Origin: Aulosira sp. ZfuVER01
GTDB lineage: Bacteria > Cyanobacteriota > Cyanobacteriia > Cyanobacteriales > Nostocaceae
Assembly: GCA_034530615.2 (NCBI GenBank)
Contig: JAVRCV020000048.1
Coordinates: forward strand, 32,001-96,000
Length of the DNA stretch: 64,000 nucleotides
Direction of reading: 5' to 3'
A model generated the notes under the pieces. It was not told where the DNA came from, ran no database searches, and worked only from the letters and a program-made list of their open reading frames with translations. Positions within the stretch are counted from its first letter, which is position 1. Each line of letters starts with the position of its first letter. Shown here in pieces: positions 10,236-20,184 of this stretch. The position numbers and the translations under genes are program-made.

Positions 10236-11567
10236 ATGCTGGTTTTGGATAGAGTATTGCAAAAAAAGCATTTAAGTAATATCCAAGAGCTAGTACTGAG
10301 ATTGTGTTGGCAAGGATATACTTATGCAGAGATTGCTGAAAGCTCAGGTTATGACGATGATTACATCCGAGACGTAGGCTTCCGGTTATGGCAGACTCTC
10401 TCAAAAGCACTGGGAGAAAATATTGCTAAAAGTAACGTCAAAACAGTTTTGCGACGTTATTATTCCAGTCTTGTACAAGCCGAATCACAACTATCTTCAA
10501 CCGCAGCATTTAAAATCGCTAACACTCAGAAACAGCAAGACTGGGGAGAAGCAATTGATGTTTCTATGTTCTATGGACGCACAGTAGAACAAGCATTGTT
10601 GCGACAGTGGATAGTTGATGAAAAATGCCGCTTGGTGATGCTGCTAGGGTTGGGTGGGATTGGCAAAACAGCTTTGTCTGTGAAAGTCGCAGAACAGTTG
10701 CAAAGCCAGTTTGATTTCGTAATTTGGCGTAGTCTTAGAAATAGCCCACCAATTTTTGAACTCATGGGGGAGCTAATTTCGTTCTGCTCCCAGCAAACAG
10801 AAGTAAATTTGCCAGAAACTATAGATAGTCAAATTTCTTGTTTGATTAAGCACTTACGCGCCCAACGCTGCCTGATTTTATTGGATAATATCGAATCAAT
10901 TTTGCAAAGTGGGAAAAGCACAGGGCACTATTGCGCTGGATATGAAGGATATGGTCAACTTCTCAGACGAGTGGGAGATGAAGTTCATCAAAGTTGCTTA
11001 TTATTTACTAGTCGAGAAACACCAAGTGGGTTTACAGCTAGGGAAGGTGAAACTCTGCCAGTGCGATCGCTACAATTAACTGGTTTGTCTGGGGTAGAAT
11101 CACAGCAAATTCTCGCGGCTAAAGGACTAGTAGATTCAACAGTTGAGAGTGACAAACTTATTCAACGTTATGCAGGTAATCCTCTAGCTTTGAAAATTGT
11201 CGCAACGGCAATCCAATACCTATTTGATGGTAATATTTCTCAATTTTTACAGCAAAGTCCTGTTGTTTTTGGCGATCTTTGGGAAATATTAGAGCAACAG
11301 TTCCATCGTCTTTCTGCTAATGAAAAGCAAGTGATGTACTCGCTAGCGGTCAAACAAGATTGGGTAACGCTAAAACAATTGCAGCGATATGTCATACCGC
11401 ATCTCTCCGAGCGAGAATTACTAGAAGCGCTCTTGTCTTTGCAAAGGCGATCGCTCATTGAACAGCAATCAGGCAATTATACTCAACAGCCTGTGGTGAT
11501 GGAATACATCACGGACAAATTGATTGGTGAGGTATGCTGCGAAATACCCACTGAGGAAATTGAATAA
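10236..11567 (+). CDS. N-terminal HTH + NB-ARC (STAND NTPase) protein lacking C-terminal WD40 repeats
   Basis: DWGEAIDVSMFYGR, Walker A GLGGIGKT, LILLDN, GNPLALK; ends shortly after the winged-helix region. Confidence 0.85.
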   Translation: MLVLDRVLQKKHLSNIQELVLRLCWQGYTYAEIAESSGYDDDYIRDVGFRLWQTLSKALGENIAKSNVKTVLRRYYSSLVQAESQLSSTAAFKIANTQKQQDWGEAIDVSMFYGRTVEQALLRQWIVDEKCRLVMLLGLGGIGKTALSVKVAEQLQSQFDFVIWRSLRNSPPIFELMGELISFCSQQTEVNLPETIDSQISCLIKHLRAQRCLILLDNIESILQSGKSTGHYCAGYEGYGQLLRRVGDEVHQSCLLFTSRETPSGFTAREGETLPVRSLQLTGLSGVESQQILAAKGLVDSTVESDKLIQRYAGNPLALKIVATAIQYLFDGNISQFLQQSPVVFGDLWEILEQQFHRLSANEKQVMYSLAVKQDWVTLKQLQRYVIPHLSERELLEALLSLQRRSLIEQQSGNYTQQPVVMEYITDKLIGEVCCEIPTEEIE

Positions 11568-11797
11568 TTACCAAAAAGTACTGTCTCCCTCTTTGAGAGC
11601 TGATTTGTAAACAAAAGCTGACAATTTGGACAATTCACGATTCAGCTTCATGTAATACAACCACAGCCCTTAAACGTTCCGAAGCATTGGCTTGAGTAAC
11701 TAAAACACCAATTAACAATCCCTGAGAGTCTACAACTATCTGGTGCTTACGCCCTTTAACCTTGTTACCACCATCGAAACCGTAGACCTCCCGCACT

Positions 11798-11866
11798 AGT
11801 TGCTACCCTGCGGGAAGCCGCCTCCGGCGTCTACAAGTCGGTAAAGCCGCCTAACGCACTGGCTCC
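11798..11866. repeat. Composite small dispersed repeat (nested)
   Basis: Shares CTACCCTGCGGG, GCGTCTACA and AAGTCGG...CGCC.AACGCACTG with 46495-46610. Confidence 0.75.
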
Positions 11867-11899
11867 TTTTTTTGTGTTGTCTTCACCCGTTGAGAATCC

Positions 11900-11928
11900 G
11901 CGATCTCTTCGACGGGCTACGCCTACGC
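11900..11928. repeat. 21-nt element inserted in a HIP1 site (SDR5-like)
   Basis: GCGAT-[ctcttcgacgggctacgccta]-CGC. Confidence 0.75.
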
Positions 11929-12138
11929 AATTAGCACTACCTCTGTTTGAGCAACTGGTGGAAGTTGAAATTTTTTAAGATTAATTACACAATCAGATGC
12001 TTCCACTCTTATGAGAAAACCTTGGCGCAGAAAATTCTCCCATGTCCCCCATGAATCCAGATGACAACTGGGAAAATTTTTGGGGTTAATCTGGAAAATT
12101 TTAATTTTTCTGTGGTAAAGAGAAAATACTTTAGCCAA
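11923..12138 (-). CDS. Possible small hypothetical protein
   Basis: 71-aa ORF with TTG start in an otherwise empty intergenic region; no recognisable domain. Confidence 0.3.
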   Translation of the reverse strand: MAKVFSLYHRKIKIFQINPKNFPSCHLDSWGTWENFLRQGFLIRVEASDCVINLKKFQLPPVAQTEVVLIA

Positions 12139-12542
12139 CTCCCACTAGATAGCTTAGATAAACTGAATTTGCAGTTATACTTCCTCTCCTATCTACGTTT
12201 ACACGGCTAAATCAGAGGTTTATTTGATTTCTCATGGTGAATGTCAAAAGCTTTAGCCAGTTCTCTCTAAACGATTTAGGAGAGGAGAATTGTGAGTTAC
12301 CACCCTGCTTGTTTGATAGATGAAGAAGTTAACAATCAAAAATCTCCTCATTTCTCACTAGCTAATTTTCTTTGAAGTTGACAAAAATCCTTCAGTCAAC
12401 AAGAAAAAACGGCTTATCATATTGTTAATTTTTGTAAAATTGAAGTCTTCAAGACTAGAATACTGCTATGTAGATAGCTAAACTAACAAGAAGTACATCT
12501 TTACTGTTAATTATTAAAAGTAAATGTGGCCCAATAGCCTCA

Positions 12543-15500
12543 ATGATCCCAGTACAACTAATTCTTAAAAATTTCCTCAGTTACCGTGAGGCAACTTTAG
12601 ATTTTCGCGGTTTGCATACAGCTTGTATTTGTGGTTCCAATGGTGCGGGTAAATCTTCACTTCTCGAAGCTATTACTTGGGCAATTTGGGGTGAAAGCCG
12701 CGCCGCTGCTGAAGATGATGTGATTCATACAGGCTCTAAAGAAGTTCGGGTTGATTTCACTTTTCAAAGTAATCAGCAAAAATACCGAGTAATTCGCACT
12801 CGTGTGCGGAGTGGAACTAGTGTTTTAGAATTTCAAATCGAAACGCCTTCTGGTTTTCGCCCTCTGACCGGCAAAGGAGTCAGAGCAACACAGGATTTGA
12901 TTTTAGAACATATCAAGCTTGATTACGATACTTTTATTAATTCTGCCTACCTGCGTCAAGGTCGTGCAGATGAATTCATGCTGAAGCGTCCTACTGAACG
13001 TAAAGAAATTTTAGCAGAGTTGTTGAAACTCAATCAGTACGATGATTTGGAAGAACGAGCAAAGGAATCATCCCGTCAGTTTAAAGCGCGGGCGGAGGAA
13101 TTGGAGCGTTCTTTAGAGTCGATTAAAATTCAGCTACAGCAACGTGAGACAACTCAGGCGCAAAGAGCCGAGTTAGAAGCAGAACTTAACCAGCTGCAAC
13201 AAGTACAAGCTTTTGACACTATTCAATTACAAAGCTTGCAAGTTGTGCAGCATCAACGCCAAACAAAAGTAGAACAACTGAGTTTTGTAAGGCAACAATA
13301 CCAAAATCTTACCCAAGACTGCGATCGCCTCCAACAAGAGCAGTTAGCTGTTAAAAGTCAAATTGCAGATTTAGAAAAGCTATTAAGTCAAGAAGCGGAG
13401 ATTAAAGCCGGATATCTTCAATATCAAGATCTGCAATCTCAAGAAGAAACTTTTGCTACCAAATTTGAAGAATTTACCCGCGCTCAACAAACTCGTCAAC
13501 AAAAGCAACAACAGCTTACCAAACAAATTCATGAACTTGAACGACAACTGCAACAGGCTCAAGCCCAATTAGAAGCTTTGCAGCAACAAGAGCGAGAAAT
13601 TCAGCAAACCCTGACAAAATCAGGTGAAGTAGAAGCTGGTTTGGCACAACTAGCCGCAGCACGCCAACGGGTGGCGCATCTCGATCAGTTGCAAATGCAA
13701 GTGTCTCCTTTATTGCAACAACGCACAACTTTACAAAGCCAACTGGATCGGTTTCATGCTGGTTTGGTAGCGCGTATCGAACAGCTAGCAACGACAGAAA
13801 ACCAATTACAACGCCAGCAACATCGCCAACCGCAACTGCAACAAGCAGTCATGGATGTAGCTATTCAAATTGAGGAATTGGACAAAAAGCGGGTTTATTT
13901 ACAACGAGTCCAAGAGAAAGGACAGGAAAGGCGACACTTTATCGAACGGCTACAAGCGCATCAACGAGATTATGAAAAACTCCTAGGAGAATTAGAGCAA
14001 AAACTGCAAATGCTCCAGAATCCTAATGCGCTTTGTCCGTTGTGTGAACGTCCCCTAGATGAACATCACTGGAATCGAGTGGTGGAAAAAACTGAAGAAG
14101 AGTTAAAAGATACACAGGGACAATTTTGGGTAGTCCGGGAACAGATGGCTGTCTCAGACAAAGAAATTCAGGTACTTAGGAAGGAATATCGAGATATATC
14201 CCAACAATTGGCAACTTATGATACTTTACGCGAACAAAGGGGACAGTTAGCTGCCCAGCTGGAAGCTACCAGCGATGTGCAACAACAGCTAGAACAAATT
14301 GCTGCCGAAAAACAACATTTAGAGCGATCGCTGCAAGCAGGAGATTACGCTCCCGACAAGCAAGCCGAACTACGGCAACTAGACCAATATCTGCAACAAC
14401 TCAATTACAATGATCAAGATCACGCCCTGGCGCGGAGCGAAGTTGAGCGCTGGCGATGGGCAGAAATTAAACAAGGGCAGATTAAAGACGCAATCAAGCG
14501 CCAAACCCAACTAGCAGCACGCAAACCGGAATTACAAGCTGCGATTGCTCAATTACAAAGTAAAATCCAAAAAGAGCAAATAGACTCTGACTGTGCCCAA
14601 CAAATCGCCGCCCTCGATCGCTATATTACAGAACTCGGTTATAGTTCAGAGCAGCACAATCAGTTGCGGATGGCTGTGAGGCAAAATCAATCTTGGCAGT
14701 TGCGCTATCAACAGATGTTGTCAGCTCAGCAACAGTATCCCCAACTCCAAATGCGATCGCAAGAGTTAGAAGTTGCCAAAACTGCGAGATTGGCTGAACG
14801 GCAAACCCTCGCTAGCCAAATGGAAAGTATTAAGGAGCAGTTAGAAGAAACTGCTAACCCAACTGCTCAAATTCAAGCTTTAGAGCAGCAACTTCAGCTA
14901 CGCAGACGACAACTAGATGAACAAATAGCCAAGTTAGGGCGTTTAGAACAGTTGGCGGTACAACTAGAATCACTGCAAATTCAGTACGAACAACAGCAGC
15001 AGCAATTACAAGCTTGCAAACAGCAACATCGCGTTTATCAGGAATTAGCGCAGGCATTTGGTAAAAATGGTATCCAAGCACTGATGATAGAAAACGTGTT
15101 GCCTCAACTGGAAGCAGAAACAAATCAACTACTTTCACGATTGAGTGCCAATCAACTCCACGTACAATTTATTACCCAAAAAGCTGGACGTAATGGCAAG
15201 TCAACAAAGAAAAACGTCAAGCTGATAGACACTCTAGATATATTGATTGCCGATGCTAGAGGAACGCGGGCTTATGAAACTTACTCTGGTGGGGAAGCCT
15301 TTAGAATTAACTTTGCTATTCGGTTAGCCCTAGCGAAATTATTAGCGCAGCGGGCTGGTGCAGCGTTACAGTTGTTGATTATCGATGAAGGTTTTGGTAC
15401 TCAAGATGCAGAAGGATGCGATCGCTTGATTGCAGCAATTAACGCGATCGCATCTGATTTTGCCTGCATCCTCACTGTTACTCATATGCCTCACCTTAAA

Positions 15501-15569
15501 GAAGCCTTTCAAGCCCGTATTGAAGTCAATAAAAACCAACAAGGCTCGCAACTACATTTGTTAACTTAA
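12543..15569 (+). CDS. sbcC: Exonuclease SbcC (Rad50-like SMC ATPase)
   Basis: GSNGAGKS, long coiled coil, CPLC zinc hook, YSGGE, LIIDEGFG. Confidence 0.95.
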   Translation: MIPVQLILKNFLSYREATLDFRGLHTACICGSNGAGKSSLLEAITWAIWGESRAAAEDDVIHTGSKEVRVDFTFQSNQQKYRVIRTRVRSGTSVLEFQIETPSGFRPLTGKGVRATQDLILEHIKLDYDTFINSAYLRQGRADEFMLKRPTERKEILAELLKLNQYDDLEERAKESSRQFKARAEELERSLESIKIQLQQRETTQAQRAELEAELNQLQQVQAFDTIQLQSLQVVQHQRQTKVEQLSFVRQQYQNLTQDCDRLQQEQLAVKSQIADLEKLLSQEAEIKAGYLQYQDLQSQEETFATKFEEFTRAQQTRQQKQQQLTKQIHELERQLQQAQAQLEALQQQEREIQQTLTKSGEVEAGLAQLAAARQRVAHLDQLQMQVSPLLQQRTTLQSQLDRFHAGLVARIEQLATTENQLQRQQHRQPQLQQAVMDVAIQIEELDKKRVYLQRVQEKGQERRHFIERLQAHQRDYEKLLGELEQKLQMLQNPNALCPLCERPLDEHHWNRVVEKTEEELKDTQGQFWVVREQMAVSDKEIQVLRKEYRDISQQLATYDTLREQRGQLAAQLEATSDVQQQLEQIAAEKQHLERSLQAGDYAPDKQAELRQLDQYLQQLNYNDQDHALARSEVERWRWAEIKQGQIKDAIKRQTQLAARKPELQAAIAQLQSKIQKEQIDSDCAQQIAALDRYITELGYSSEQHNQLRMAVRQNQSWQLRYQQMLSAQQQYPQLQMRSQELEVAKTARLAERQTLASQMESIKEQLEETANPTAQIQALEQQLQLRRRQLDEQIAKLGRLEQLAVQLESLQIQYEQQQQQLQACKQQHRVYQELAQAFGKNGIQALMIENVLPQLEAETNQLLSRLSANQLHVQFITQKAGRNGKSTKKNVKLIDTLDILIADARGTRAYETYSGGEAFRINFAIRLALAKLLAQRAGAALQLLIIDEGFGTQDAEGCDRLIAAINAIASDFACILTVTHMPHLKEAFQARIEVNKNQQGSQLHLLT

Positions 15570-16266
15570 TTTCATTAGTTGATGATAAAAAATTCAATCT
15601 CCTGTACAAAAGTTTAACTTTATAGGGATTGGCTAATATCAATTAGATAAAAGAATGTGACACAGGCAGAAAAGCCCTTCTCCAAATCTTTACTATGGCG
15701 GAGGCTATATGTCGTCAACATTTTTTGAGTTTTTGTCATCTGATTTAAACTGTAAATCGCTTTCTGTGTCAGACTTTCTTTCCGTACTTTACTAAAAAGA
15801 TAACCAATATACTTTTCAAAGTGGTATTAATTATTTTATATATTGAATACTAGATAAAAATGAATATTATTGTTTAAGTTTTGGGAATACTCTACTGATA
15901 AATTCCTTTGATTCAAAATAAAAAGTTTTTCTTATAGCCAAAATAAAGAATAACAATATTGGGTTTATAACCCTAAGTTAAGAATTTATTAAAAAATATA
16001 AAAATTAATTGAATATTAAGCTCATTAGATTAAAATCTCATAACTTTAATATAAAAGTTATATTAAAGGTGAATAAACTTCTATGTGAGTTAATTTCTCG
16101 CATAACCATAAATGTTTTGAGGAATAATATAATATTTTATTATTCGTAAACTCACAATTAGTACGCTAAAACTTCTAATGTAATTAGCCGTGAACAAGAT
16201 TATTAAAAACTACAAGCTTAGGCATAATCAGCGGTAAAACAATATTTTGTTTTTGCTTTCTTCTAT

Positions 16267-16303
16267 CTAATAAGTGTCTAAATATTCTTTAGACACTTAT
16301 TAG
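16267..16303. repeat. Perfect 16-bp inverted repeat
   Basis: CTAATAAGTGTCTAAA-tattc-TTTAGACACTTATTAG. Confidence 0.85.
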
Positions 16304-16530
16304 GGTGGTGAGGAGCCTATATATAATATAGGCTGACTCCAAGAATACAAAATCTTTCTGAAGTCAAGAAATCATGACTTAATACTAAAAAAATTGGTAA
16401 TTCCAACGATTTTAACTCAATCACAAAAAAATATAAAAAAAGGAAGTATAAATAGTAAAATTACTTACAATACTTTTAGATATAGGAAAGAAAAGTGCCT
16501 ATTAGTTATATATTAAACTAGGTTATCAAG

Positions 16531-19206
16531 ATGCAAACAGCGAGAATATTCACGCAACTAAAAAATATTCTATTTACTATATTTGAAACTCCCTTAATAC
16601 TAAAGAAAATTAGTCTATTTAGTTGCTCAAGAGCAAAAAACATTGTTTTATATATAGCAAAATTATTATCTTCAAGATTTAGTATATTTCTAAATATTGA
16701 AAAAACACATTCCTGCATAGTAGGTAAAAATAAAATACTATCAGGAACCGAGAATAAGAATAAGTTCTTAATTAAGAATAGCCAAGCAGAAGTTTTCAAT
16801 CAAAAGGAAAGGCATCAATTGAAGAATTATTTAAGTGAAGGTGCTTACAATTGCGGCACTTGCTACTTAGAAGCAATTGTAGCAATAGAACGCTCTTTAC
16901 TAAATTTTGATCGCCGCGTCAAATGCTATACAGAGATTCTGCAAATCTTGGGAAAGACTTGTAAAGTTAGTCAGGTTTATGCATTTGAAAATAATTTTTC
17001 TGACAATGGCGGCTTAATTATGAGTCTACAAGCTGAGTGGTATGTTCGAGATAGATCAGAAAAAATGGGTAACCATCCTTGGCAAAATCTATCTTATACA
17101 AGATTTCTGCCACGTTGGCTTAAGCTTTTAACCCGCGGTGATATTTTTTTTGATAAAGTAGCAGAATTTAGCGAAATAGAACGTAAGATTTTAGGGTTAC
17201 AAGATATTTGCACAATTTTATTTTTACCAATCATTGCTAAAGGTAATTTTGTAGGGTTTATCCGTTTTGATAACTGTGTAAAAACACAGCATTGGGAAGC
17301 AAAGGAAATAGCATTTTTACAAGCAGTAGCAGGTATGCTTTCATTAGCACACGAGCATTTATTAGCAGATAATGCATTACAGACATTAATATTAGAAACT
17401 AAAGATTGCGCTTCCAACTTAGAAAATGTAGTTCAAGAGCGCACTGCTGAATTGCACCGAGAGATTGCTGAACGCAAGCGCATACAAACAGAACTAGAAA
17501 AATCCCTATCTTTGCAATGTGCAACCTTAGAATCAACAGCAGATGGAATTTTAGTAGTAGATAGCCAAGGTAACATTGCAGGTTTTAATCAAAAGTTTCT
17601 CCAGATGTGGCGTATTCCTGAGCAGCTGATAGCGTCACAGAAGTATGGAAAAGCGCTGAGATTGGCAATAAAACAGCTAGAAGCTCCAAGACAGTATCTT
17701 GCTACTATTAGAGAATTACACTTGAATCCAGACCTACAAATTTATGATGCGATCGCATTTAAAGATGGAAGGGTATTCGAGCGTTATTCTCAACCCCAAA
17801 GTATTGGCGGCAAAATAGTTGGTAGAGTGTGGAGTTTTCGTGATGTAACTGCTCACAAGTTAGCAGAAGCCAAAATCCGCCATCAAGCTTTGCATGACCT
17901 TTTAACCAATCTACCTAATCGAGTGCTATTCAATGAGCGACTTTCCCAGGCATTAGCACAAGCACAAAAAAGTGGTAGTAAACTAGCTGTATGTTTTTTG
18001 GATCTAGACCGCTTCAAAACCATTAACGACACATTAAGTCATGCCATTGGGGATAAATTATTGCAGAGTGTCGCTCAACGTCTCACCCAATGTCTACGAG
18101 ATTGCGATACCATTGCTCGCTGGGGAGGTGATGAATTCACTTTACTTTTACCCGAAATCAAAGATACTCAAGAAGTTGCCCAAATCCAAGATCGCATCTT
18201 AGCAGCTTTCAAACCAGTATTTAATATAGAAAATTACCATTTGCATATCAGCCCTAGTATTGGCATTGCTCTCTATCCCCTACATGGGCAAGATGCAGAA
18301 ACCTTGATTAAACATGCTGATGCTGCACTATATATTGTCAAGTCCCAAGGACGTAATAATTATCAGTTTTATCACTCAGCTATTAATTCTGGCTCTTCTG
18401 AACTGTTAATCTTAGAAAACAGCTTACACTATGCCTTAGAACGGCAAGAATTTGAAATTTATTACCAACCACAAGTCAATAGCAGCACAGGTAAAATTAC
18501 TAAAATTGAGGCTTTGTTACGTTGGCGGCACCTACAACTAGGTTGCATAGCTCCTGAAAAATTTATACCTCTTGCTGAAGAAACTGGATTAATTGTACCC
18601 ATTGGCGAATGGGTTTTAAAAACTGCCTGTACTCAAAATAAATTCTGGCAAGATACTCTGGGTTTACCCTCACTTTCTGTAGCAGTTAACCTTTCAGCAA
18701 GGCAATTTCAGCAACCAAATTTAGTCAATATAGTGACGCAGATATTGTCAACTACTCAATTGACACCTCAATGTTTAGAGTTAGAAATCACCGAAAGCAT
18801 TGCTATGCAAAATGTTGACTTTACTCAAAAGGTTTTGAGTGAATTATATGCGCTAGGTGTCTCTATATCTATAGACGATTTTGGTACAGGATACTGTTCT
18901 TTAAGTTATCTCAAAAATTTTCCGATTCACGGCTTAAAAATTGACAAGTCTTTTATACGCGATCTGTCTAACGATCAGTATGATGCAGCTATCACAACTG
19001 CTATTATTGCTTTAGCACATGGGCTTAAGCTTGCAGTTGTTGCCGAAGGAGTAGAAACCGAAGAACAGCGCAATTTGTTACAAGTCCTAGATTGTGAACT
19101 GATGCAGGGTTATCTTTTCAGTCGTCCCTTATCGGCGGAAGACACCACAAAACTACTGCGAAAGTCAAAATCCTGCCAAGTTAATACTTCTTTTTTATTT
19201 GCATAG
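16531..19206 (+). CDS. GAF-PAS-GGDEF-EAL diguanylate cyclase/phosphodiesterase (start codon uncertain)
   Basis: WGGDEF, EALLRW and DDFGTGY intact; PAS (LESTADGILVVD); GAF (LFLPII...HWEAKEIAFLQAVA). Confidence 0.92.
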   Translation: MQTARIFTQLKNILFTIFETPLILKKISLFSCSRAKNIVLYIAKLLSSRFSIFLNIEKTHSCIVGKNKILSGTENKNKFLIKNSQAEVFNQKERHQLKNYLSEGAYNCGTCYLEAIVAIERSLLNFDRRVKCYTEILQILGKTCKVSQVYAFENNFSDNGGLIMSLQAEWYVRDRSEKMGNHPWQNLSYTRFLPRWLKLLTRGDIFFDKVAEFSEIERKILGLQDICTILFLPIIAKGNFVGFIRFDNCVKTQHWEAKEIAFLQAVAGMLSLAHEHLLADNALQTLILETKDCASNLENVVQERTAELHREIAERKRIQTELEKSLSLQCATLESTADGILVVDSQGNIAGFNQKFLQMWRIPEQLIASQKYGKALRLAIKQLEAPRQYLATIRELHLNPDLQIYDAIAFKDGRVFERYSQPQSIGGKIVGRVWSFRDVTAHKLAEAKIRHQALHDLLTNLPNRVLFNERLSQALAQAQKSGSKLAVCFLDLDRFKTINDTLSHAIGDKLLQSVAQRLTQCLRDCDTIARWGGDEFTLLLPEIKDTQEVAQIQDRILAAFKPVFNIENYHLHISPSIGIALYPLHGQDAETLIKHADAALYIVKSQGRNNYQFYHSAINSGSSELLILENSLHYALERQEFEIYYQPQVNSSTGKITKIEALLRWRHLQLGCIAPEKFIPLAEETGLIVPIGEWVLKTACTQNKFWQDTLGLPSLSVAVNLSARQFQQPNLVNIVTQILSTTQLTPQCLELEITESIAMQNVDFTQKVLSELYALGVSISIDDFGTGYCSLSYLKNFPIHGLKIDKSFIRDLSNDQYDAAITTAIIALAHGLKLAVVAEGVETEEQRNLLQVLDCELMQGYLFSRPLSAEDTTKLLRKSKSCQVNTSFLFA

Positions 19207-19269
19207 TCAAAACATAAAATCTGGCTCTAGACAGCAATGAATCACTTCAGATGGGCTATTTCAGGGTAA

Positions 19270-19396
19270 GTCTTAGGGGGAGCATCCCACTTTTGTGAGT
19301 GGTGCTAAAGTACTAAGTGTCAAACCATCCATTCTACCTAGATTTAGATTTTATTCTCTAGTCGCAAAATAAAAACTAGGATGCACCCGTCTTAGG
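19270..19396. mobile_element. MITE (111 bp, 19278-19388) with 8-bp target-site duplication
   Basis: TIRs GGGAGCATCCCACTTTT / GGGTGCATCCTAGTTTT; flanked on both sides by GTCTTAGG. Confidence 0.85.
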
Positions 19397-19686
19397 CGAC
19401 TGAAGCATTGAGTCAAGCTCCTAAAAATAGGTAGAATAGTTGCAAAATTTCAATATATAAAATAGTCACAAGCTACAAATCAATGCCACAGGCGCAATCT
19501 GTGCTTTTAGTTTGAGTATTAATGCTCATTAGCAAATATTGTTACTCTCAAATTTCTCCAAAAGCTAAATCTCTTATTGACTTCTCAAGATAGATTTTTT
19601 AGGCTGTTCTGCTATCAGGTGCTATTGTTGAAGTCAAGTTTTAGCAACAAAAATACAAACAAATTTTTGCAATTATGAGAATAGTT

Positions 19687-19704
19687 GTTATATTAGTTTA
19701 CATA
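19687..19704 (+). promoter_or_regulatory. HLR1 (RpaB-binding) direct repeat upstream of hli
   Basis: GTTATATT-ag-TTTACATA, one mismatch from (G/T)TTACA(T/A)(T/A)-N2 repeat. Confidence 0.7.
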
Positions 19705-19744
19705 AGCTAATAACCCTTAGTAAACTCAGTTTGGAGTGCCAATC

Positions 19745-19927
19745 ATGACAAATGCAACAAAAGTAGTTACTGCTCCTATAGTTGAAGATCGTAACGCTTG
19801 GCGCTGGGGCTTCACCCCACAAGCAGAAATTTGGAACGGTCGCTTGGCAATGATCGGCTTTTTAGCAGCAGCTTTAATTGAGCTGTTCTCTGGTAAAGGC
19901 TTTCTACACTTTTGGGGTATTCTTTAA
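19745..19927 (+). CDS. hli: High-light inducible protein (Hli/SCP)
   Basis: [19 protein letters not shown] chlorophyll-binding motif; ATG 19745 follows ggag. Confidence 0.95.
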   Translation: MTNATKVVTAPIVEDRNAWRWGFTPQAEIWNGRLAMIGFLAAALIELFSGKGFLHFWGIL

Positions 19928-20092
19928 TACCAATTTTGAATTTAAGGTTGTTGAGTTACCCTGAGCGATCGCTTACAGTACTTGGCAATTTTGAATTGAA
20001 AGCTTTTACCATCAGGCTGTTTTCCTAATTTCAAACAACACTACCTATCTGCAATTGGTTTAAGTATTAAAATACAAAATTAGCTACAAATG

Positions 20093-20126
20093 AAAAACCT
20101 GGGTATGTTTTCATACCCAGGTTTTT
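20093..20126. terminator. Bidirectional terminator between convergent hli and sigA
   Basis: AAAAACCTGGGTATG-tttt-CATACCCAGGTTTTT. Confidence 0.85.
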
Positions 20127-20184
20127 ATTCTTTGTTTATTAGTCATTAGCTTGAGACAAATGACTAATAATTACTAACTAATTA

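Noticed and set aside
12050..12160. c-di-AMP (ydaO) riboswitch suggested by GAATCC and TTTTTGGGGTTAATC
   Set aside because: The 3' conserved AGCTAAC/pseudoknot elements are not visible, and the downstream gene (sbcC) is atypical; an Rfam scan would settle it
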